Source: an uncultured Bacteroidales bacterium (GTDB lineage: Bacteria > Bacteroidota > Bacteroidia > Bacteroidales > UBA10428). From it: a DNA stretch of 64,000 bases. Made by a program: the position numbers and the translations under genes. The stretch is taken from assembly GCA_963705125.1 (NCBI GenBank), contig CAVPIY010000012.1, positions 722,443-786,442 of the forward strand, written 5' to 3'. Under the pieces are notes generated by a model. That model did no database searches, was not told the DNA's origin, and worked only from the letters and a program-made list of their open reading frames with translations. This document shows, piece by piece, positions 29,213 through 40,995 of this stretch (positions are counted from its first letter, which is position 1; every line of letters begins with the position of its first letter).

Positions 29213-29283
29213 ATGTCAGCTACCACAAGATGTCGCCAATAAGCAACCCAGAATGATAAAGGTCTGTTTCATAGTATGAGTAT

Positions 29284-31138
29284 CTATTTTTCCGGAATCC
29301 AGGTGCAGATCTTTTTCCCCTTCCAGCTGTCCACCGAAGCATAATCTGTCATATGGATCATGCCATCAGTTGTGGGAACAAGAAATTGCATTTTTGTTGT
29401 TTTCAGGATGGGTGTTTCACTTTTAATATCCACATAACCATCTTTTGAAATAAGTGTGACGGGCTTGTCAAAATCAGGATCGATGTTTTCATCCCTGGCT
29501 ATAACTATGGGTCCCATTACCAGGGCCTGAAAATGATCTCCTTTCCTGTTGCTCCCCTTTGGTGCATCCATCACACGGCATCGCATGTCAAGCAATAATT
29601 CAATCTGATCCCCGGCAGTCCATTTACGGTTTATGTCTGCATAGGTACCTGCCAAAGCCTGCAACGGTTCTCCATTAATTTTCAGAATTGTTTCCCTGCT
29701 CCATGAGGGGATCCTCAACCTGAGACTGAACTTCTCTGATTTTTGTGGTGTCACCAGCAATAATATTTTTCCGGATAACGGAAAGTCTGATTTAATTTCC
29801 AGTTTTACATCCCTACCATCCGGTGTCTGTGCTGTTGCAACAGCTGCATTATACAGGTTTATAACCGGGCCCTGCTTCGAATTCATAACCGCTACAAACG
29901 GCAGATAGGCCAATCCCATCGGACCGTTTAAATTGCAGCAGGTAACATAAACGCCATCTACATTTCCGCCCCAGCCTTCGGGATTTGTTTTTACCCCATT
30001 TAAAAGATTGACATAACTGAATCCGTCCCCTGCAGGTTTCATCGCTCCGATCAATCCGTTATAGGCATACTTTTCAATCATATCCACGGCCAGAGGATCA
30101 CCGGTTAACCGCAAGTATCTGGCTGCACAATTTTAACCAGGTTACGCCGACACATGTTTCCATCATCCGTTGCATATCCGGGTTTGTTTGTTCAAGTGCT
30201 GTATTATCCCACCCCTCACCCATCACAGCCGGATGATAGGGCTGATCTCCGCCGCCGTTTCCAATGAGGGTAATTTCCTGTTTTATGATATTATGATACA
30301 GGTTCATAATTGACTGCTTCCAGTAATCATTCCGGGTAATCCTGTAGTATTCCGTGAGCCCTTCAAATAGTGACATCATTTCATAGGCCTTTGGATACAC
30401 ACCACCAATTTTCATCGGAATTACATGGTTATAAGCGTCTTCAATGATCCGATAACCCTTGGCGCCTCCCTCGGTTTCAACGATATATCGGGCAAAATCG
30501 AGATACCGTTCATATTTTGTCAGGTTATATAAACGCAGGATCGGTTCAAGGACCGTACTTGACTCTATATGGTTCGGGCTCCAACCCTGATCAAGGATCG
30601 GGACCTTTGGGTAAGGACCTGTTTGCGCAAGGATGCAATCCGCCTGATCGATCATGGCTTGTAATACTGCCGTATCCTGGTTCACCTGCCTGTAATATTC
30701 ATCCAGGCCTAACAAAACATATTTTCTTTCCCATAAATCACCTCCCGGACCATCGGGTTGCTGAGAAACAGGGGAACAGCTGATGCTGCCATTTTCGCGT
30801 TTTGCAGATAAAAGATCGTAAACAGTAGATTGAAGTATCTCTTTTAATTCAGGATCCTGTGTATAACGATAAAACATACAACCCGACCGGACCGCCTTCC
30901 CCCACATTTCTCCCTGTGCAAAAAATTCTCTTCCGGTCCTGAATTTCTGTACAAATCCTGCATATGGCACTACCCCTTTATTCCAGTGGATTATGGAGTT
31001 CTGTATATAGTCTTCAAAATAGCCTGTGAAATGAATTGAATTGGGATTTAAAGGAGTAAACTGATCCGTTTCCTTCGACGAAGGACGGCATGCAGTGAGT
31101 GCAATACAAACGAGAATAAGAATCCCGGATTTTTTCAT
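29284..31138 (-). pseudogene. GH127-like (DUF1680, beta-L-arabinofuranosidase family) lipoprotein, one frameshift near 30105
   Basis: It has the lipoprotein signal MKKSGILILVCIALTAC. ETCVGVTWLKLCSQIL is followed, in the next frame, by RLTGDPLAVDMIEKYAYNGLIGAM. Confidence 0.6.
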
Positions 31139-31150
31139 TGACAAAGTTTT

Positions 31151-32435
31151 TTACTCAGTTTTAATCTCCTGCCGCATATACCTGATCTGGTCGTAAAACC
31201 AGTTATAATCGTCCTCCTTGAAGAAGGGATATTTTTTCTCGCCCTTTCGCCATCCTACCTGTGTGGCATAAAACACATACAGCCACCATTTTCCTTCCCG
31301 GATAGGTTACCAGTGCCTGGGGGATCTGATTGGCATCAATACCGGGATCCGGATCAATAAAGTACATTTTTTCCCATGTGATCCCGTCAGTTGATTTGGC
31401 CATGCGAATCTGTCTTCCCTGCCAGCCGGAATCAATTTTTTTCCCGGCAGGCGCAGTTGATTTTGTATAACCCGGGGCATCTGAAAAGGCATAATAACAC
31501 GATCCGATTTTCACCACTTCAGGATTCGGCCATCCGGTTAGTAAGGGGTTTTCCAGGGGATGGGCAAATTCAAATTTCCCCGTTCTGAAATCTCCTTTAT
31601 TTAAAGCCAGGCCCATGTATAGCCCGGGGTTAGCGGCATTGTAATAATCAAAATAGAGTCGCCAGTTTCCTGCTTCATCATCCCAGCGAAGGCAGGGACG
31701 ATGAAAATCACCGATCCGGGTGGGAGAAGGATCAGGCGGATATTTATTATCTACCGCTGCAATGAGCAAGGGTTTGTCGGTCTTCGTCCAGTGAATGCCA
31801 TCGGCAGATGTTGCCCCGTTTACACACTGGATCATATGCGAGGGATATCCTTCAATGTCCTTGTTCGAAAATTCAGGAGGTTCAATCGGCTCCTTGCTGT
31901 TCGGATCAGTAAATGCCTTGGATGTGGCACTATAGGCCATATAATACATCCCGTCCCTGTAAACTACCGAAGGATCTCCGGCATGGAAAGTATCGTAGTA
32001 ATTATTCACCGAATCGGTGGAAGCATACAAAACAGAAGCCCATTTGGTGTTTATTTTGTTTGCATCCCAGCTTCCATCTTTACAATATACTTCCCAGGTA
32101 TCGAGATCTTTTCCCCTGGCGAAGTAGATGGCATCCATGCCTGCTATATCTGTGTTACCTATATCCACAATCCATCCGAAAAACCACATGCGATAAGGAT
32201 AAGCACTATCGGGTACCTCGACAATGCATGGATTGTACGCATGCATGAACCCTTCAAATGCCGTTTTATAGTTTCGTTCCCATCCTTCCAGGGGAAAATC
32301 CGGACACGTGGTCATGGATAATTTTGGAACTCCGTATTCGGCTTTCTTCTTCTCCATAGTTTGACATTGTGAGAAAATGAAAGCAACTGACAAAAGCAGG
32401 ATGCTCTTTTTCAAAAAAGATAAATCTGTTTTCAT
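31151..32435 (-). pseudogene. beta-propeller glycoside hydrolase-like lipoprotein (GH43-like), frameshift near 31300
   Basis: It has the signal LLLSVAFIFSQC and AGDPSVVYRDGMYYMAYSA. A C-terminal frame switch restores GKWWLYVFYATQVGW...IKTE. Confidence 0.45.
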
Positions 32436-32451
32436 GCTGTGTTTGTATTAA

Positions 32452-35400
32452 TTATTTTCTCTTTACCAGTTTGATCGCTTTTTTGGAACCGTCAGTACTT
32501 TTCACTACCAGCAAATAGATGCCTGGCTGAAGATCAGACCCGATCCTGCTTGTTGCAGAACCATTTCTGATTGGCTGCAGATCCGTAAGCTGGCCCAAAA
32601 GATCATACAATTCCAACCTGTCAGTTGGATCTTGCGAATGGATCACAAATTCGCCGGATGAAGGATTGGGCATGACAACGATTGAATTTTCGGTTGCATT
32701 GGAAATCCTGGTGGGAAGGGATGTGATTTCAATCCTGTGCACGATAACTACGCCTTCAAAGTCAAATCTCAGGATCTGGTTTCCGGCCGTTAAACTGATA
32801 TCCGTTTCAACATCATACCATGACTGCGCAGTACCCGTGTTCCCAACATCCACGGTGGCAACTTCTTCACCATTGGCTTTTATAATTATCAATTTTGTTC
32901 CATTGGCAGCCGGAACACGGAACTTGATATCATAGTTTCCTGGTTCGGCTACATTGACCGGATAATCAACAAAACCATAGGCTACCCTGATGTTCTTGCC
33001 GCCGTCACTATCGGTAGAATTCATTATTGATACGCTCTTCCCTATTCTGAAGTCCTCCAGGGTGAGTGAACCGGGTATCAGCATGGAGGCTTTTACAGTA
33101 AGGCTCAATACATTTGATTCGGTAAGTACTCCGTCATTATCCTGAACACTGGCTGTCAAGGTATGAGAACCCAGGGCAAGATCTTTTACAGGGAAATCCG
33201 GTTCGGTATTTTCGGTAATGAGCTCGTCATTATCATACACCTTCACACTTTCTGCCACACCATCCGGATCTGTCGCATGGACTATGGCTACCGTATCGAA
33301 CGTACTGAAGTAATTCTGGGTGGCATTGAATTGCAGGGAGACAGAAGGCGACTCGTTGTATTTGAAAAGCATGGAAGGAGATACCTTACTCTTTTCCTGG
33401 CCCGAGCCTGCAATTTCAATATCAAGCAGTTTAGTGTTCTCTGCCCTGGTAATATAATCTACCGTGATTGGGTGCTTCCCGGGCATAAGCCGGATCGTAC
33501 CGGATTGCTTTCCTGCAACTGCATCCACAACAAGGGCATTGCCTATATATAATATAGCATTCAGGTCTGTATTAAGTGTAAATGTATAGGTATCTTTATC
33601 CGGCACATCAATGAACCCGGTATACCTCAGACCAAAATCAGTTTTGCTTGTAGCCGGAAAATTAAAATTGTCCGGGTAACTTGTACCCGTAACTTTATGA
33701 TCATAGAATGAGGGTACAGTGTCGAAATCACCGTCATATTGTTCGCATTTCAGTCCCAGGTTTATTCCTTCAGGATATTCCGCATTGCGGTACCTGTCAT
33801 CTGACCACTCAACCTTATAAACATAATTAAACCTTCCACCGGGGGCTGCATCACCATTTTCATAAAAATCCATGATGTTGCCTTCATCCTGCATGTTATC
33901 GCTCCACTTGAATTCAAAATCGATACCCTTCTCTGCAGTCAGGTTGAAAACTGAGCGTTTAACTTTAATGACCAGTGTTTTTCCGTTAATCACATAAGCG
34001 GCCTTACCGGCAACATTCCAGTTCCATGAACTTGCGCTTTTTTCAACATAGGCAGAATCTTCAGGATTCAACCGGTTTACGACAAAATCATATCCTTCCC
34101 AGCCTGTGCTTTTACTTCGATCTATGTCAATGAAAAGTCGCATCCATTTCAGATCGGCCTTATCAGTCAGGTCATCAGCTGTCTCCACATAGAAATAGAG
34201 GTAATCGGCATCCCTGGCAACCTTTGCGCCAATAACGTCATTTCTTCCCGTTGTATTGGTATAGACCAGTTCAGTTCCCTGGCCGGCATGATTCCGGTGC
34301 AAAGTATTTCCTTCATAGGAGAGGTATTCCGGTTTTACACCGGCCCAACCGGCCAGATCATCCACCACAATGGTTTTGGAACCGGAGGCGGTGTCGGGGC
34401 TCTGCATTCCTTTAAATTTACGTACATTGCTGACCAGTTGCATGTAATATGCATCGCCTTTATTGCCCCAGGATTTAACCGGTTCAATATCACGGCTTTT
34501 CTCCGCACTGTATTCATCAACAAATGCAAAAGGCTGCACGTCCCAATTGAAAAGGCGACCGGCAATCCATTCATTCCATCCGGTAACAAATACCAGGTCG
34601 GGATCCAGCTCAAAAGCACGGCTCCATTGCTCCTGGAAATTAAGGCCCTTTAAATAGGCTTCCGGCCTTGGATCCTGTCCGGCTGCTTTTGTGTAACTCC
34701 TTCCATAGGTAAGGGCAGTATTAAAACCTGATGCATGGCCGCCACTGGCATCAGAAGCATTCTGGGCAACACCGACTGTAGCCTGCTCAAAGCCTCCTTC
34801 TGCTTTTTGAGCATATCCATGTTGCGGGTAATTTTCAAGCCAGCCCCAATGATCATTGCGGCTTGGTCCGTTCACATAATCGGGTTGTCCCGGACGAAAG
34901 GTGAAAAACTCCTTCATGGCATTTACGGCTTGCTGATCAATCGAACCGGTAACTGCAACGGGAGTATGATTGGTTCCTGTCAGTAAGCGGGGTAAAAACT
35001 ATTTGCGGGTCATAAGAAATCTCACTTTCGTAATTTCCGGCAACCTGGCTTCCTGCGATAAAAACTAACAACAGGATCATTACTGTCAGTCCACTTCCAA
35101 ACTCCAACTTCCTCAGTGCCATTGCTTAATTCCCATACATAATCACCTGGTTCCTGCGCGTCAAATGTTAATTCGAGTTTTTGGTTATCGTTGAAGTTAA
35201 CATGGGTTTTCTCCGCAATAGGCGTACCGGCAATGCTTTGTAGCATAATTCGTATTCCATTTATATAGCCGGAAAGTCATATTTCCGATATTGTTATTCT
35301 AGCTGGGACAGGTAGCATTAATTGCATAAAAAGTGGCAGGTGGCCGTAAATTTCAATCCGGCATTATTTCCGCTTTGGGGTACCAGACTTTCAGGATAAG

Positions 35401-36056
35401 ACATGATCAAAGGCTTGCCCTTCCATTTGAACCACAGATCTTCATATAAACCAGGTTGATACACTTCGGTGTACAATTGATACATGGATGCCAGGGAATT
35501 TGATCCTGCACTGAAAGGGAGTAAGAAAGCAACCTGGGGTGTTTTAACACCGTCTTTCCTGGCCTGATCCCAAACCTGGAACAACACCGTATAAGATGAT
35601 CTTCCAGGTAAGACTGCCATTTGTGCAATCAAAGAAAACCACATCCACACCGGCATCGGCAAGCATTTCAGCATGTTTGCGGAGGATCCATTCATCAGTG
35701 GTCCTATAGTAGCCGAACAAGGGTTCATCCCACCAGAATACTCCCGGGGATATTCCCTGCCAGGCCGGATGATCTTTATCCGTAGCTGCTTCAGGGTATT
35801 GTTTCAGAATTTCGGTAATATTCATAACCGGGGAAAAATAGGCATTGCCGTCAGTATGCCAGGTCCAATAAAACATACCTATGTACTTGTCATTTTTTGC
35901 AGATCCTGTCTGGTTCACCTCCGGTAACTTCCGGCCGAGGCCATCCGTAGCAGTCCACTGATCACTGGTGATTTTCCACTCCTGGCTGTATGCTGCAACC
36001 GGGAATAAAAAAATGAATACGATCAATGAAAGTGCAATCCTGATATTCATTTTCAT
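32452..36056 (-). pseudogene. large secreted glycan-active protein with PA14 domain and T9SS C-terminal sorting domain, at least 4 frameshifts in the N-terminal third
   Basis: It has the signal MKMNIRIALSLIVFIFLFPVAAYSQ and a TIM-barrel-like YIGMFYWTWH region. The PA14-like segment is GLRYTGFIDVPDKDTYTFTLNTD and the CTD is VVMPNPSSGEF...GIYLLVV...KLVKRK. Confidence 0.6.
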
Positions 36057-36083
36057 GGTATTGTTAAATAAAGATTATGCCTG

Positions 36084-36200
36084 CTCCGAAAAGTCTAAAC
36101 GTCATTGCGAAGGAGCAAAGTGACTGAAGCAATCTACTGAAATTGAGCAGATTGCTTCGCTACGCTCGCAATGACGTGATGCATTGTAGACTTTTCGGAG
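36084..36200. repeat. nested palindromic element, copy B
   Basis: The outer inverted repeat is CTCCGAAAAGTCTA / TAGACTTTTCGGAG, with inner GTCATTGCGA...GAAGCAATCT // AGATTGCTTC...CTCGCAATGAC. Confidence 0.9.
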
Positions 36201-36241
36201 TGGACTTAAGATTGAAAATATAAATGCATTTTTTGATGTAA

Positions 36242-38067
36242 TCATTTCACTGTCAGCTGTTTACTTACTGTAACCGGCAAAGGTTTTTCCGGTAATTCAT
36301 CATACGCTGTTTTTGAAAGAGCGTAATAGGTATGCACTTCATTGGCTGTGATCGTGATAGTATGGTTACCTTTTGCCAGATCTTTGACCGGAATTTCACA
36401 AGTCATTCCGGTTACTTCCTGAAGAACAACCTTACCATCTACTTCAACCGTATAGCTTTTGGGTTCTGCTCCTGCCACCGACCAATTCAGTTTTACATTT
36501 TGGTTATTTACATCCGCAACCGTGGCAGCCATGACGGTGCTGTTCATATCCTTTTCATTGAATATGTCCATCAATGCCCGGGTCATATTCAGATAATAGA
36601 AACCCCAGCCTCCTGTGCTATCACGATAACCGGGAGCTGTAAGTGAAACAGGTTCAAAATCATCACTCAACTCGATACTGTGTTCATCCAGGTACATATC
36701 ATGGTTTTTACCATAGCCATGACCTTCAGCCTGCCCGGCAAACTCGTTGAACTGGTGCAGGAATATAACACGCGGCTTTGATTTGAGAGCAAACCTGAAT
36801 GACTCGATATAGGTAGTTCCTCCTCGTCTTCCATATGAATCCGGGGCTGTCCAGCCCTGAGGTGTGAAGAATGCGGGCGTTACGGTGATAGCCTCAGCTT
36901 TTCCGTCCTTATAGGTCACCAGGGGTTCCAGCTGTCCGTCCATCCAAGACCAGTAACCCAGTTCATGGTGCCTTGTTACCTGATTTTGTGAAGACACATA
37001 GCGGATTGTAAAATGCGAATCATCCACTGGTCCCTGTGTTCTACGGAAGGCATCCAGTTCCTGTTCCTTCAGCGACAATGTCATTTCGAAAAAGGGTACT
37101 GTGAAGGCTGATTTTGCAGTGCCTTTTTTATGTCCAACAGCGCCCGTATCCAGGATAAGCATAAGCGGCTTGCCGTCATAGTCCTGGAAAAGACCTTTAA
37201 ACCGCGGATTCAGAACATAATTCTGATAAATCCATTCCAGTTGTTCATTCAGGGCAGTCATTGTGGCAGGCGGGCCATTGCTCAGACCAGGCATCAAGGC
37301 AACCCTGGGGACATCCAATCCTTCGGCACGCATCTTGGCCAATACCTCAAGGAAGCAGGTAGTGGCATGAACGATTGCGCGTGCCCCATCATCAATTTCG
37401 TTCCAGTGTTTTTTTCCCCAAATATGATTGGACCAGTCGGGCATAATAAAATGAACACCCAGATCCATAAACCAGAGAATATGCTGACGCATAGCATTTT
37501 CATTATACGAATCATACATACCAATTACCGGAACTGCTTCGGCCGTGGTCCATGAACCCGGACCCGGGATGAACCAGGGTTCCCATTGTACACAGAAAAG
37601 GTGATCCTTACCGGATAAGGCGGGCATTGTTCTTTTATTTACGATAATATTGAGTGCAGTTTGAAAAAATACCCGTATCCGGGATCAGATTACCGACCAT
37701 AAGAAGTTCCCGGTTTGAAGTACCCATCCAGTTCTTTGGCTCTGCCTTCACAGCAACAACCTGAATCTCCACCTTGCCTGGATTAGGCAAGGGCAGAAGG
37801 AATGTGGCATTACCTTCCTGATCAGGCCGTTCATGAGATCCCCATCTGCGTTGATTAACATAGGGAAGCAGCAGGTAATCACCAGCCTGATTACCCGATT
37901 TAATTACGAGATGAGCTGTAACCTTTACTGAACGCCCCATAGGTACTGTAATTCTTGTCCGCCTTTATTGTAATTGAGTCTTTCAGAAAAGCTTTTTCCG
38001 TACAGGCAAGGTTTCCCATAATGAGACCCCCCATTATGGCCATTTGAAATTTGGATTTTAATTTCAT
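36242..38067 (-). pseudogene. putative glycoside hydrolase lipoprotein (family not assigned) with a C-terminal Ig-like domain, 2 frameshifts
   Basis: The signal is MKLKSKFQMAIMGGLIMGNLAC and the catalytic-like region is CVQWEPWF...DWSNHIW. One frameshift lies in the T-run near 37665 and another near 37920. Confidence 0.45.
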
Positions 38068-38241
38068 GATTGATTTCAGTTTATCAGTAATAATACCTTC
38101 AGCGCTGTAAAAAACGGGCAAAATTATTACATAAAAGAAAAGGAGAGTACGTAAAATCAGTTACTCTCCTTTTCATCATTACTCTTTTAACGCAGTGCCT
38201 TTCCTCACTTCGTTAAAACTGATCATTTGCAATTCAAGTGC

Positions 38242-40856
38242 TTATCTGGCGATAATTACTTTTTGTTGTGAAACATTATTTCCTTCTTTCATGGTAACTG
38301 AATACAGACCATTGGAAAGATCAGAAATATTCACACTTGATACATTCTTTGCACTTCTGACTATGCGACCATCAATATTCATGATCGTGATGTCAGCATT
38401 TTTGGCACCTTTCACGTTCAGAATGTCATTTGCGGGGTTGGGGTAAACAAATAAACCCTCAGATTTAACATCCACAACGCCAGTAGCCACAGGTACTGCG
38501 ATATTATCCATGTAAACTGTAGTACCAGAGGTCCTGGTATCCGGAAAATCAGGGAATATCACAATTCTCGCATAGTTATATCCGATGAGGGCACTAAAGT
38601 CAGCAGTGACCTCTTCCCATTGATTTGTTAGGGTAACCGGAACTTTAACTTCCGTTACAGCGCCACCATTTGTACTTGCTTCGACCTTAAATCCAACCGG
38701 ATCGGTACCTGTTTTCCAAACCATCATGGTAACCGTATGCGAAGCTTCAGTAAATCCAACGACAGGGTATGAATCTGAAAATGCACCTGCCCAAGGATCT
38801 GCGTCATCGTTAACAATGAATTGCAATACTTTATCGGAGGTATTGATTCCTGATTTATCCGGATTGTCTATAACCATGAAATCAGAAGGACCAGCGGTAC
38901 CATTGGCAAAAACAGTCCAGACTGCATCCGTTTCGGTTTCAAAGTCAATTGGGAATGAGGCAGGCTCACCAGCAGGCGGAATCAATACAGCATCAATGAC
39001 ATGAACGACACCGTTATCTGCCTCGAGATCAGCAACGGTTACCTTGGCATCATTGATAAAGACGCCGTCGCCATTGATGGTCACGGTAACATCCTTACCC
39101 AACAGGGTAGTGGCCACCATGCCGTCGGAAAGATCAGTTGACATGACTTTCCCGCTTACCACATGGTAAAGGAGAACATTGGCCAGAGCACCGGTCGGGT
39201 CTGCGAGCAAGGCATCCAGAGTGCCTTCGGGAAGCGCAGCAAATGCATCATCTGTGGGAGCGAACACGGTGAAGGGACCCTCACCTGAAAGGTCATCAGC
39301 CAATCCGGCAGCGATGACAGCGGTTTCCAGTGTATTGTGATCGGGGCTTCCAACAATAATATCAACAACAGTAGTGGTTGTTGTGCCATATCCGATATCA
39401 ATCTGCTCTTCATTACCAGCCTGCATGTGCGCCCAGATTTCAGCATTATTGTTCTTCCCATGCAGCTTTTGCTTCCGGCCACCAGTTCAGGTCACCCAGC
39501 GGAACATTTTTTTCGATTGAACCTTTTAAAGTCTGTTCATTTGTGTAGGTTCCGTCAAATACAGGCCATACGCTGTTATGGGATAGATCACCACTGGGAA
39601 TCCACCAATATTGCGGCCATTCAGTTGCGGGAGGATAATTTTCCGAAGGTTGTCCAAGTGCATGAATATAATTTGCAGGACTTGCCCATTCAATGAAATT
39701 AGCTTCATGGTCATAAATAGTTGCATCAGTCCACTGCAGGATCCACATCTGCTATGTAATTGCCATACTTGAAATTTGGCCAGTCAGTATCGTTGCGCAA
39801 ACATCTGAGCTTCTCTGGATGTTAAGTGTATCCGGAGGCCAAACGAGAGGATATAGATAAACACCGGGCAGTGGAGGTTCCTGTTCTGCACAGAATACAT
39901 TCATCTCGTCAACCAGGTCATAGAAACCCTGGGCCCTGTAAAGCGAATTATATTACAACGAAAGAAGGACGTTCGGAAGGCATAACTTCACCAGGCAGGG
40001 TATCTGCATAAATCAGGTTAGGCTTGGGCATACTCGGATCGCCACCCGGCATGGGTTGCCAGTTATTTGCGTAAGGATCAACCTGAACATCGAACATCAG
40101 GTTGTTTGTCCAGTACTGTTCCATTTTTTTGAGTGGCTCCAGTCAATCTGACTTTTGGCAAAAACAAAAGTATTGTGATTGACAAGCATACGTTATTTAC
40201 CATGTACGGCGAAACTTCCCTGAGAAAAAGTTCATACCCACACAAACAAATGTATTGTTTTCAACCCACAAGGAATCAAAACCATTACCGGTAGTATTAC
40301 CGAAATTAAAGATATGGCCATCATTCGGGCTCAGCATGTGACCATGGTCAATAGCCTGATTGTTTGTAAAGTAGCATTTATTGCCACCACCTGATCCGGT
40401 GATAGCCTGGCCAACACCCATAGGATGAAGTACACAATGATCAATGACAATGCGGGCACCGGTCTTGCTTTCTAACAAGCCACTCAATTGGCAACCTGGG
40501 CATTAAGGTCTGCATTGACAAAGTAAATGTTCTTCAGGGTTATATCACCCTTGGCATCGAACATGTTACTAAAAACAGCACCATTTACATCGCTACCGGT
40601 TTGCAGCGTTGCGGGCATTCCTCCCGGTTCAGCAGGTTCACTGCCAATGATCTGCAAATGATAATCCACGTTTTCGATCGGTGCATCCAATTGATACCAT
40701 TCGCCGGCGGTAAGTTCATAGATCTTATCACCGCCATAAGTGGCAACAGCAGCATTCAATGTTCCTATACCGGGATCAACCTCCAGGATTTCCTGGGCGA
40801 TCGATGTTCCCGATAAACAGGAATGCCAGAAATGTAATCATGTAAAATTTTCTCAT
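38242..40856 (-). pseudogene. secreted beta-helix-like / fasciclin (FAS1) domain protein with T9SS C-terminal sorting domain, many frameshifts
   Basis: The signal is MRKFYMITFLAFLFIG and the beta-helix-like segment is ITLKNIYFVN...IVIDHCVL...LWVENNTF. The FAS1 domain reads FTVFAPTDDAFAALP...NGVVHVIDAVLIP and the CTD reads VYPNPANDILNV...GLYSVTM. Confidence 0.6.
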
Positions 40857-40995
40857 TTTGTAATCTCCTTTGATTTTAAATTAGTGTTTAGATAAGTCCA
40901 GTTAAAATAATTTTAAAGTTAGTTAAAATTAGTCACTTACTCCTTTCTTTTTTAGTTAATAATAAATAATAATGTTATTTTGATGTTAAAGCTGA

